A stretch of DNA of 64,000 bases, from IMG/VR virus record IMGVR_UViG_3300023117_001979; one strand, given 5' to 3'. The translations under genes and the position numbers were made by a program. Below are positions 45,960-55,018 of the stretch, piece after piece. The DNA is from an uncultured virus (IMG/VR IMGVR_UViG_3300023117_001979). Its lineage: Duplodnaviria; Heunggongvirae; Uroviricota; Caudoviricetes. The number at the start of each line of letters is the position of its first letter. The first letter of the stretch is position 1. Under the pieces are notes generated by a model. It was not told the origin of the DNA and made no database searches. It saw only the letters and a list, made by a program, of their open reading frames with translations.

Positions 45960-46884
45960 AACCGGGGGAGGAGTAATATCCAAACTCGGTTTTTTATTAG
46001 GCGTGGACAATGTGTGAAGGAGCAAGTACTTCGGGAAAGTGAATTCACACTAAGCTGACTCTGAGAGTCGGTAACGCTGATGATGCCCGACCTCCGTGCC
46101 TTCATGGCCTGTAACCGGAGGCGGGACTTCGACACATCGGGATGGCAGAAATACTGTGAGAGAGCAGTTAGATTGTCGCATGAGTAAGCAGCCGTCGCGC
46201 TGCAAGAGACTGTCAACTGGCAGTTTCGTAGACTGGAGACAGTTGCTCTAAGGGTGGAAGCAGTCAGAAGCTTCCTTGAGGGTAAACCATAATCCCTCTC
46301 CCTGTCCCGATAGTTAGACACGGTAAAGGCGGCGGTTTCGAAGACCAAAGCCTAGTGTTTGAAGGTGACTGAATGTGGGCAACTGAACTGCCCTAAAGTA
46401 CTGAGATGAAGCGGCTGGAGCAATCCGAAGCAAGGCAAGGAGTGGGTGACCACTTGAGCCTACAACAAATCTCAGGTCGGATGCAAGAAATTGTACTTTC
46501 TCATCATCCGTGGGAGTGCCAATGGCCCCCCTTCACCTTTCTAGTGTAGTAAACAAGCCGACCAAGATTAATTTTGGTTTCGGTGGATAATAGAAGCACG
46601 GCAATAAGGGCTAGTACCCGGAGTCGTGAACGACAGGAAAAGAGGAGAATACTCCTCCCTGGGACTACACACAAAGTGTGGAATTCTGATTCATTAAGCA
46701 GCATACGCAAGCTGTGAAGAAAGAATGAAACATAGGAATAGCTTTCCATTAACGATTGTATGCTGGGCGCAGCGCATGATTGGGATAGTGAAAATTGCGG
46801 ATTTATTCGTGATTCTTCCTACTTGCTACATTCCCCCCTGGGAATGAGCTAATAAGTCTTGAAATTGTAACGGAGGTCTGAAAA

Positions 46885-46968
46885 ATGGCCTCAAAACCGT
46901 TGAAAGACCTTTTCGATGAGCAGTCTGAATTATATGACAGCTTATTCGGAGATGACGCCAAGTTGTAA
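46885..46968 (+). CDS. 27-aa small ORF MASKPLKDLFDEQSELYDSLFGDDAKL
   Basis: GGAGGT RBS 7 nt upstream; manual translation. Confidence 0.45.
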   Translation: MASKPLKDLFDEQSELYDSLFGDDAKL

Positions 46969-46997
46969 AAATGACTTTGGCAATTCAAAAAATTCCT

Positions 46998-47033
46998 GGC
47001 GCATGTCTTACGGCATGCGCCTAAATTTTTTTT
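46998..47033 (+). terminator. hairpin + T tract
   Basis: GGCGCATGTC-ttac-GGCATGCGCC then taaaTTTTTTTT. Confidence 0.65.
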
Positions 47034-47057
47034 CTTATACTTGTACACAGGTCATTA

Positions 47058-47277
47058 CCTACGACCTCAATAAGTGGCACCACTGCGTCCCACCTGTGTT
47101 CAAGTGATGAAGTTGGGGTCGTAGGGAAGAGGGCAACAAAACCCCTGGACAGCTTTCCTGGGCGAGAATGAAATCGGGTCACCTAACCTGGTGGAGTTCT
47201 GACCTTAATGGATTACAAGACTTGTCTTGTTCCGGGACGCACGAGGCTTCACAACCTCGTGGGCTCTTGAACGCAGG
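47058..47277 (+). ncRNA. multiply pseudoknotted or switchable RNA element upstream of the DUF1257-like gene
   Basis: Three mutually crossing helices of 13, 8 and 12 bp. Confidence 0.6.
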
Positions 47278-47579
47278 GGTGTCACACCCAGTGTGGAAAC
47301 TGCCGTTTAGGCGGTTAAAACATTACAGACTACCTATTTGGTAGCTGTAAATTAATAATAAGATGCCTTTAGGCCGTGACCGAAGGTGTAGCAGGTACTC
47401 AGTTCTAATACAGGTACCTTTTATTTCATATTAAACATTAATATGGGGTAAAGAAGGTGGTTTAATATTGCCAAGGCTTTTTAGCCGAGGAGAACATGAA
47501 GCTATTGAGGGTGCAAACCCGTAACGAAAGTCAGATAGCAGGGTGGGATAGGCCACCTCCCATTAGGAACGGTAATAAT

Positions 47580-48128
47580 ATGAGTACAACTCAGAAAATT
47601 TCCATTAAGGGGCTCAAAATCGGTGAAGACCAATTTGAGCTTCTTGGCGAAACCGTCACTGAACTTGTCGGTGAAGCCGGAACAGTAACTATCAAAGAAA
47701 AAGGTAGTGAAGGACTCCTGATTAGGAGTCGACACCATGTGTCAGCAAATGCTAAGTTTGCTGACATTAAAATTCGTTTTCATGGTGCCAACTCAGATGT
47801 TGGTATCTATGTTGACGCAGATGGCCAAATTGGAATGGCCTGGGACGGATATGTGGTTCGTGGAAACGACCAAATGAAATCTGTCTTTGAAGGACGGTCT
47901 GACCGTCATACTTTTGAACGCAACTTGAACGCTATGTTCGTTGCAAAAACATTTGAAGAGACTGCAGTCCGTAAAGGATTCAGTACCTCAGGTGTTAAGC
48001 GTGTCTCACTCAAAGAAGAGAAAATGGGACAGTTTGAACTTGAGCTTGACACCGGTGGCCTTGGCTTCGGTGGCTTTGGAAACACAAATGAAAACACCAT
48101 GACTAACTCCCTACGAGGTGGTTTGTAA
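47580..48128 (+). CDS. DUF1257/Ycf35-like protein (start reassigned to MSTTQ)
   Basis: ADIKI...DVGI....G....WD.Y...LNAMF......A.RKGF pattern; next to a DUF2997-like gene. Confidence 0.6.
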   Translation: MSTTQKISIKGLKIGEDQFELLGETVTELVGEAGTVTIKEKGSEGLLIRSRHHVSANAKFADIKIRFHGANSDVGIYVDADGQIGMAWDGYVVRGNDQMKSVFEGRSDRHTFERNLNAMFVAKTFEETAVRKGFSTSGVKRVSLKEEKMGQFELELDTGGLGFGGFGNTNENTMTNSLRGGL

Positions 48129-48340
48129 TGGGTAAAATCAAAGTTATTGTAACTGAAGAAGGCGAAATTAAGATTGAAGCTAAAGAAGGGTTTGAAGGGA
48201 AGTCGTGCCAAGAGGCAATTGACTTCGTTATGCAAAACCTTCCAACTGGCTTTGCCTTTGAAGAGTTGGAGACTATCCGACATGGTAACTTTTCAGTAGT
48301 TGCAGAAAACCCAAAACAGGTTTACTTGCAAAAAGACTGA
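48128..48340 (+). CDS. DUF2997-like protein
   Basis: IKVIVTEEGEIKIEAKEGFEGKSCQEA. Confidence 0.75.
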   Translation: MGKIKVIVTEEGEIKIEAKEGFEGKSCQEAIDFVMQNLPTGFAFEELETIRHGNFSVVAENPKQVYLQKD

Positions 48341-48344
48341 ACCA

Positions 48345-50240
48345 ATAAGGAACGGTAAATATCCCTTGAGGGGGCGTCAGCCCCCAATGAAAAGAAAAAT
48401 TCTTTTCAGCCGCTGCGAGGAACACTTTCGTGTTCCTAGCCGCGTGATGAAAAGAATGACACATAATGCTAATAATGTCCTATGACAAAATATGCCGCGC
48501 TAAGGAACACGCAAGTGTTCCTCGCAGCGGCTGAAAAGTAGAAAACGAAACACAAGTATCGACACAGCGGTCGACAAAACTTCGACGAAGTTTACCCGAC
48601 GGTAATAGATACACTGTTTCTGAAATTATGATTGCTTTGATGCTTGAGGAGCTGAAGATGGAGATAAAAAGGTGCCAATCAGGTACCTGACACATATCAT
48701 CTCAAGTCTAGACCATAATATCCGCGGCTACCAATCTGAAAGATGGTGACCAAGATATTTGGAAATCTTTCCCAGAAGATTCCTGGACGGTACTGAGATT
48801 CCAAACTCTGGCTCTGATTAACTTTGAGACATGTCAAATGTCAGAATCCAATAATGCAAGCACTATAGCTTGCCATGGATGAATACGATACGGCTGGATT
48901 GTGGTGAGTAACCACAGTAAAATTTTGCCAGGGCACACACTCTGTGTTCTGTCTTGCCCAGTGGACCACAAGAAAGATGATTTCATGATGGCCAAGTTAA
49001 TCGAAACAAAAGGTCAACTTGCACCTGGTAATTGCCCGGTGTATGGAGAGAGCTCGCGAGGTTGCCACTGCGCAACTAAGCACTAAGAGTTACGACCGGC
49101 CTCTTCCTGAAGAGACAACTACTAGTATCAAAAAATCGTGTTACTGAAAAGCTATTCGAATAAAGAAAGACCACAGTGTCGCGACATTGCAGGTTAGTGC
49201 CACCATGGCACGACTACTGAACACCAATGTCTACAGAGACCTATTGGTCGTCGAAATGAGCCGAGCATCTATCTTGACATATGTCAGGATAGAGAACATT
49301 GAGTTCTAGTTTTGGTAAACCAGCTGGTAATACAAGCTGGAAATACAAAATAAAGATTCGAATAAAGAAATTCACTAAGTCTACTTGCGGAACCAGCGCT
49401 ATGGACAAGATGGTAACAGCAAGATGATTGCAAATAGCCAGTACTTGTAACCATAACACATGTCACGAGTTCTGAATTCACAATCGTGAAGATATTACTC
49501 AACTACAGTAGCTGCACCGCATAATCGATGGATAAATCAAAACATTAGCAAAATACATCTTAACTCCCGTTTTGGCACATGCCAAAACACTGGTAAAGAC
49601 TATTTGAGAGTGAGGGGGACCTTGGTCTATGAACCAAAGGTACCCCGAAACCGGTGTGAAAAAGACTCTGTCACTAATGCCTGCATGGCACGGTACAGAA
49701 CCTTTCGTTATCGAACCAGAGAAGAACTTCGGTTCCTCTAGTACCAACGCGGATTAGTGGTCCGCCTCTCACAGGGGCACCATTACGCAACTGAAATTCT
49801 AATCGATTAACGAAATAAAATCAGGTAACTAAACTTCCTAGAATTCTAAAGATACGACGAGTACTTGCAAAGAATGTAAACAGAGTTTACACACAGCAAT
49901 GTCGTCACAATAATTTAGAGCCCTGAGGACGAGGTTACTTAAATCCACCAAATTTCCCAACTGGAGTTGCTCCAGTAAACTGAGGAGCTAATAGATGCTC
50001 CAAATGTCCATACAAGGATATTCAGAAATTACTCTCGCGCGCTGAGGCGCCACTAAGAAAACTTGCAACACTGCAGCAGCGGCGTTGCAACTTCTTTGCC
50101 ACACATGGTCAGGTAGCTTGTACAAAGCATGCTGCCATGTAATAGATATACGACATGTGTCACGCATGGCGGGTCGATTTCACCCTTTCCTGTCCGGGAG
50201 GGTTGCCAATCGCCCGTGGTACCGATTCCGCCAGTTTGAA
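48345..50240 (+). ncRNA. putative ~1.9 kb hairpin-dense non-coding region 3
   Basis: Only short ORFs (82 aa or less) in any frame; many short palindromic hairpins. Confidence 0.55.
48402..48538. repeat. 26-bp perfect inverted repeat
   Basis: CTTTTCAGCCGCTGCGAGGAACACTT (48402-48427) / AAGTGTTCCTCGCAGCGGCTGAAAAG (48513-48538). Confidence 0.95.
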
Positions 50241-50260
50241 AATTGTATTAGGTAGGATAA

Positions 50261-52174
50261 ATGTCACAAGACAAAGTATACCAAAATTTCGTGGAAAAGA
50301 GAGCAAACCTCTCTAATACTTCACGACTTCTGCAACTGTGGAAAGCCACAGAACCAGGAGTAATTATTGAAACGCCAGAAATGGCCGAGACTGTAAGCGA
50401 AATTACTCGACTTGCAGCAACACCGGAAGCTCGTAATATTGCCCCTAAATGGCTTGGCGAGCGTCCTGAAGTGGTTAGAGTTTCTTTCTCTAACTACCCA
50501 CAAGAACTCCGTGTAATCGAGCCAACAATAACGAAGCTCGCTAACGGAAAACAAACGGTTACCTACACCAACCCAATTGAGGGTGATGGTGATTTTAACC
50601 CAATGGATGGCAACGCGAAAGTGATGCCTTACGGAGACCCAGTCGATGTGCCTGAAAACTTCTTGGAACCATTTCCAAAAAGCGCGCACACTAAGATTTT
50701 GGGTGCTTCGCAACGAGTTAAATTCCGAGCTAGGGCTGACCCTGAGAGCATTATTATGACTTTCTTGGAATCCCTTGACGAATTTGATTCACAAAAAAAT
50801 GGACGAGGACGAATTTATGTTGTCGAAGCCGCAGAAAATATGTTGACCCTGAAAACCATGGTCGAAATGCTGCGTGAAAAAATTGACATGTTCCGAAACC
50901 AGCAAACGACTGGTCTCGCGATTGTTCTTCTTGTTCCACTTGGATTCGATAAGATGCCTGACAGCATCAAAGAAAGTTTCTTCAGTATGAAGTGGGAGCG
51001 ACCCCATAAGACACACTGGCGTGACTTAATCCAATCATTCGCTGCGGCCAAAAATATGGTCATGGACGAAGATAGCAACGGAAACCCGATAGTGGGTGTT
51101 TCAGCTAAAAACCTAGAGCGTTGTGTCAGTGCTGTTACTGGTATGACTAAAGCTCGTGGTGAAGCTGCCTTGCTAATGTGTACTGCAAAGTACAACAAAA
51201 TTCTCCCTGAAGTAATTCTAAGAGAAAAGTCAAACCTGGTTAAAGACTACGGATTGACACTACACAACCCTGACCCTGATGAAGCGGTTGGGGGCATGCA
51301 ACAATACCACGAATGGTTAGCGGAAGAAATCGCATGTGCGACCCCGCTTGCTGCTGGATATGGACTTGTTGGTAATCGAATGGTTATCCTAGCAGGTCCT
51401 CCAGGTACGGGTAAGTCGCTTGGTGTAAAGGTGCTTGGCTCCATGACTGGTCGTCCAATTGTTCGACTAGCTGCAACTGACCTTCGTAAGAAGTATGTCG
51501 GTGACGGAGAAGCACGACTACAAATCGCCATTGACTTGGCGGGTAGCATGGACGGAATCATTTGGATTGATGAAGTCGAAAAGCTAGTACAAAACACATC
51601 AGCAGAACGAGATGGTGGCTCAAGTGCCTCCGTTCTCTCTATTTTGTTGACTGAGATTCAAGAGAATAAGTCGAACATTATGTTCGCATTTACAGCAAAC
51701 CGCGTCGAAATGCTCCCCCCGGAGTTTGTTGACCGTGCTGGTTCTCGATTTTACTTTGGCTATCCTACGCGTGAGGAGCAACTTGCGATTCTTCGCATTC
51801 ATATTGCTGCTATGCGTAGGTACGAGCCAGATAACCCTGAAGCCGATGAGCGTGGCTATGCTCGCCGGAACCCTGACGACTATCCATTCTTGGAAGAACT
51901 CCTGAAGTACACCGATGGATGTAACGGTCGCCAGATTGCGAATGCTGTTCAAGCAAGCTTCAAAATTGCGTTCACCACACACCAAGGTGAGCCAACAAAG
52001 GAAGACTTCGTAAAGGGTATCAATCGAAACGCTATGAATTCCACTCCCCAAAAGGAGTTGGAGCTTATTCGCGACAACTGTTTGGCTCGTGGTTTCATCC
52101 CAGCCAATTCCGAAACTGAAGAAGAAGCTGAGTCTGTCGACTTCGGTGAAGTAGGAATCGCAGGTCGTCTTTGA
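50261..52174 (+). CDS. Ycf46-like AAA+ ATPase
   Basis: VGGM, Walker A GPPGTGKS, KYVGDGE, Walker B IWIDEVEK, TANRVEMLPPE; inactive N-terminal AAA-like region. Confidence 0.88.
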   Translation: MSQDKVYQNFVEKRANLSNTSRLLQLWKATEPGVIIETPEMAETVSEITRLAATPEARNIAPKWLGERPEVVRVSFSNYPQELRVIEPTITKLANGKQTVTYTNPIEGDGDFNPMDGNAKVMPYGDPVDVPENFLEPFPKSAHTKILGASQRVKFRARADPESIIMTFLESLDEFDSQKNGRGRIYVVEAAENMLTLKTMVEMLREKIDMFRNQQTTGLAIVLLVPLGFDKMPDSIKESFFSMKWERPHKTHWRDLIQSFAAAKNMVMDEDSNGNPIVGVSAKNLERCVSAVTGMTKARGEAALLMCTAKYNKILPEVILREKSNLVKDYGLTLHNPDPDEAVGGMQQYHEWLAEEIACATPLAAGYGLVGNRMVILAGPPGTGKSLGVKVLGSMTGRPIVRLAATDLRKKYVGDGEARLQIAIDLAGSMDGIIWIDEVEKLVQNTSAERDGGSSASVLSILLTEIQENKSNIMFAFTANRVEMLPPEFVDRAGSRFYFGYPTREEQLAILRIHIAAMRRYEPDNPEADERGYARRNPDDYPFLEELLKYTDGCNGRQIANAVQASFKIAFTTHQGEPTKEDFVKGINRNAMNSTPQKELELIRDNCLARGFIPANSETEEEAESVDFGEVGIAGRL

Positions 52175-52228
52175 ACCTAACCTGGAATTAATTTTCCAAT
52201 ATAAGTGCAAGCCCAATGGGGCACATTG

Positions 52229-52254
52229 TCCAGCGTTAGCTGGATTTTTTTTTT
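52229..52254 (+). terminator. hairpin + T10 terminator-like element
   Basis: TCCAGC-gtta-GCTGGA then TTTTTTTTTT. Confidence 0.8.
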
Positions 52255-52260
52255 GTATAA

Positions 52261-52392
52261 GTGACTGAAAAACCCAGCACAACTACCGAAGATTTGGAAC
52301 TCAAACAAAAACTGAGTAAAATCTTTGAAAGTCCTGTTTATTTGTGGGACTTAACAACAAAGTCAGCGAGGTTGGTAATATGTCTAACCTAA
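52261..52392 (+). CDS. 43-aa small ORF (not in ORF track)
   Basis: GTG of ATAAGTG opens MTEKPSTTTEDLELKQKLSKIFESPVYLWDLTTKSARLVICLT. Confidence 0.4.
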   Translation: MTEKPSTTTEDLELKQKLSKIFESPVYLWDLTTKSARLVICLT

Positions 52393-53165
52393 CTGACCGA
52401 ACCGGCGATATAAGAATCGTCAGCGCGCCTAAAGAATTCGAAGCTTCTGAAATGTGGAAGGAGAGTTTTCAACAACTAGAAATCTTTATTGAAAATCTAG
52501 GGCGCATGAAATACATCGCCATCGAAGATTATGTTAACATTAATGTAAAACTCCGATGGAGAAAAATGCTGAAAAAGCTTGCAGATGATGATACTGTTTC
52601 ACTTCTAAAGCTGGGTGGCTTACAAGATGATAGAGTTGAGAGCCTAACCCTAATAAGAGCATTGAGTTTATCGCAACTGACAAAGTACTTTCTTACATTT
52701 TCTAGAAAAGTGTCTTACGATTGGTACTATGACAAATGCGTGAAAGGAATTAATGACTACACTCAAATGAGGGAGCGGCTCATAGGCTATGAAGAACATC
52801 TTGGCCTTCCTGAGCTAAAGCTACCTCACTATGATGAGTCAAAAGTGCTACCGTTTGTCAAAGAAGCGGTTGAAGCATTTACCCAGTGGCGCAATACCAT
52901 TTATGACCCAACAACTGCGGTAGTAAAACTGCTACCGATGAGGGCTATGGTGAATACATCTTACGGTGGAAACAAGTCCATATTAAACATAGACCAATCT
53001 ACTGACGGTGAAGTTACTGAAGAAGACCTCGCAATGTTAGATGTTTATGATACCGAAGAAATCATTGAAAAATTGAAAGAAATCGAGAAAAAATACGACA
53101 TTGAGAGCGCTTGGCATGTTAGCCAAGTTGCGCTACACGCGCTAAACGAGAAGTTTAATTCTTAG
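52344..53165 (+). CDS. hypothetical protein (start probably ATG 52380)
   Basis: 273-aa ORF, GAGGT RBS. Confidence 0.7.
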   Translation: MGLNNKVSEVGNMSNLTDRTGDIRIVSAPKEFEASEMWKESFQQLEIFIENLGRMKYIAIEDYVNINVKLRWRKMLKKLADDDTVSLLKLGGLQDDRVESLTLIRALSLSQLTKYFLTFSRKVSYDWYYDKCVKGINDYTQMRERLIGYEEHLGLPELKLPHYDESKVLPFVKEAVEAFTQWRNTIYDPTTAVVKLLPMRAMVNTSYGGNKSILNIDQSTDGEVTEEDLAMLDVYDTEEIIEKLKEIEKKYDIESAWHVSQVALHALNEKFNS

Positions 53166-53178
53166 ACTGATTGTATAA

Positions 53179-53589
53179 GTGGACCAACAAATGGAAAACC
53201 TATTGTCTTGGTTTGAAGAAACCAAGGAAGAGCAGAAGGTCATCGAGGCCCGAAGAAAAGCTCTTGAAAAACAAATTTTAGACCTTGCTAAGGAAAAAGG
53301 CATTTGCGGTGTAGTCCCATTTGACTATGCTGGCCGATATTTTGAAGCAAGCCTGAATATTGACAGAATACGAACCAAACTTCCAAGCAAAAAGGAAGTT
53401 ATTGAGCAATTCCGTAAAATGCTGCCTGAAGGTAAGCAAACTGCAGAAGAGGCTCAAAAGTTATACGATTCACTTACAAGTGAGGCTAGTATGACTGATT
53501 CAGTTACTATCAAAGCAGTTGACCCTCCTAAGGAAGTCATCGAAGCTAAAGTAACACAATTACAAGAAGAATTGAACGCTGGTGAGTAA
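53179..53589 (+). CDS. coiled-coil hypothetical protein
   Basis: GTG start in ATAAGTG. Confidence 0.7.
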   Translation: MDQQMENLLSWFEETKEEQKVIEARRKALEKQILDLAKEKGICGVVPFDYAGRYFEASLNIDRIRTKLPSKKEVIEQFRKMLPEGKQTAEEAQKLYDSLTSEASMTDSVTIKAVDPPKEVIEAKVTQLQEELNAGE

Positions 53590-53827
53590 AATGCCAGCGG
53601 TATCGTTCAAGCAGCGTATTGCTAGAATCCTTCTTGATAGTGATAAGCCACTAACTGCTAACCAGGTTCTAGCTAATTGGACTGCTAGAATTGCTCCTAC
53701 GCGAGGAAAGGTATCTATGATAATGTCTTCTCACAAGGAGTTTGTCGCAGTTGATTCCCCCAAAGGCCAACCAATTTCTTATACTCATATTGACCACCGC
53801 ATGCTTGCAAGTGGTGAAGAAGAGTAA
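53582..53827 (+). CDS. small winged-helix protein
   Basis: ILLDSDKPLTANQV...PTRGKVSMIM...EF. Confidence 0.6.
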   Translation: MSKMPAVSFKQRIARILLDSDKPLTANQVLANWTARIAPTRGKVSMIMSSHKEFVAVDSPKGQPISYTHIDHRMLASGEEE

Positions 53828-53830
53828 GTA

Positions 53831-54163
53831 TTGAGTAGCAAAAGAAAGCAAAGTAAATCAACTACATGCTCCTGGGGCGATATAGTGCTTACTACTAAAC
53901 AACTAGAATTTGCCAAACGGCAAACACTGAAAGAGCTCAAATCTTTGAATCTTTTTGTTAAGAACGGTGTAAACTTACACTCTACTGGCTCAGCAGAAGA
54001 AAAAAATGCTGATACGGAGTTAGTAAGGACAGCACTGCAAAGTATTGAAAACATGGATATAACTCAGTCTAGTGTAGCCATCTTAATTTCTGCTTTACAC
54101 CGCTTAGGTGTGGAAGCAAAGCTAGATGCTATCTTTGACTTAGAAGATTTGACTCCTGTATAA
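53831..54163 (+). CDS. hypothetical protein
   Basis: 110-aa ORF. Confidence 0.6.
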   Translation: MSSKRKQSKSTTCSWGDIVLTTKQLEFAKRQTLKELKSLNLFVKNGVNLHSTGSAEEKNADTELVRTALQSIENMDITQSSVAILISALHRLGVEAKLDAIFDLEDLTPV

Positions 54164-54322
54164 GTGCGGAAAGATACACAACCACACAAAATTCGCAAAG
54201 ATTATGCGGCTAGGCTTGAAGCCTGGCGAACAAAACAAACGCAGCTAGCAGACTACAATAAAGAAATGTCTCGTGCTAAACAGCGTACTCTTACAGATTT
54301 TTTCCCTGAACCTGAAGAGTGA
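54164..54322 (+). CDS. 52-aa protein with C-terminal PIP box (not in ORF track)
   Basis: GTG of ATAAGTG opens MRKDTQPHKIRKDYAARLEAWRTKQTQLADYNKEMSRAKQRTLTDFFPEPEE and exactly fills the intergenic gap. Confidence 0.7.
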   Translation: MRKDTQPHKIRKDYAARLEAWRTKQTQLADYNKEMSRAKQRTLTDFFPEPEE

Positions 54323-54325
54323 TAA

Positions 54326-55018
54326 GTGGCCAAAATTAAAATGGACCCGATTACTGGTAATATTACCCATATCGATGGAGTACAATTACTGGTTCCAATA
54401 TCAATGATAGATTGGACAAAGGCGACTCAGACTTATACTTCTTCATGTATTGAATACATAGAAGAAAGCTACAAAGCACAAGAAAAATGGAACAGTGCTA
54501 TTGGTGATTCTGAGATACTTAGTCTAGTCAAAAAGCATGTTGGAAAAGAAATTCTTGAAAGATTACAAGAAGAAAAGGGCTTTAGCTTGGTTATCGTCAG
54601 ACCTACTGAAAAGTGGGAAGAGCCAGGTTATGAAGAGCCTCAAGCAGAAGGATTGGTCAATTTAAACGACCTTAGACGAGTTGAGATAATTTGTATCGCA
54701 ACTGACCTTCTAAAAACTAAAGTACGCCGTCAAAAAACTAGCATAAACAATGCTACTAAACGGCGTCAACTTGCTATTTCTGTTGAAGAAATACAAGCAG
54801 AATGCAGAAAACAGTTGAGTTTCCCAACGAAAACTGTCTCTAGAGTCAAGGGCGTTAAGGGTTCTGAAGAACCTCATGACACTGATAATATTGATGAATT
54901 TTATCTAGAGAGCATTCCCGATATTCTTATTCAGGAAGGATGGAAACGGTATACAACTGAAAACTCCTTCGTACCCGAAGTAAACAATCACCCTTTTTGG
55001 GGGTCTTTGGATGAGTAA
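54326..55018 (+). CDS. hypothetical protein
   Basis: GTG start in ATAAGTG. Confidence 0.7.
   Translation: MAKIKMDPITGNITHIDGVQLLVPISMIDWTKATQTYTSSCIEYIEESYKAQEKWNSAIGDSEILSLVKKHVGKEILERLQEEKGFSLVIVRPTEKWEEPGYEEPQAEGLVNLNDLRRVEIICIATDLLKTKVRRQKTSINNATKRRQLAISVEEIQAECRKQLSFPTKTVSRVKGVKGSEEPHDTDNIDEFYLESIPDILIQEGWKRYTTENSFVPEVNNHPFWGSLDE

Larger units (their letters stand above)
45962..47033 (+). ncRNA. putative ~1.07 kb structured RNA 2b
   Basis: Nested long-range helices with G-U pairs on the + strand; ends in a hairpin + T tract. Confidence 0.65.

Noticed and set aside
45962..47033. Group II intron or rRNA fragment
   Set aside because: No GUGCG 5' end with domain V/VI, no RT/maturase ORF and no universal rRNA signature recognised by eye; a covariance search is still needed.
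45950..47107. Short ORFs inside RNA 2b (45950..46348, 46504..46749, 46803..47048, 46916..47107)
   Set aside because: Mostly antisense to a uniformly + strand block, with no recognisable domains or initiation signals.
48541..49610. Single gene read with a reassigned stop codon
   Set aside because: TGA, TAG and TAA all interrupt the frames I translated, and the protein-like stretches switch frame; other genes in the window use all three stops normally.
51620..52282. 220-aa minus-strand ORF and similar antisense/alternate-frame ORFs over ths, polB and rpo1
   Set aside because: Shadow ORFs of well-supported genes on the opposite strand or frame.
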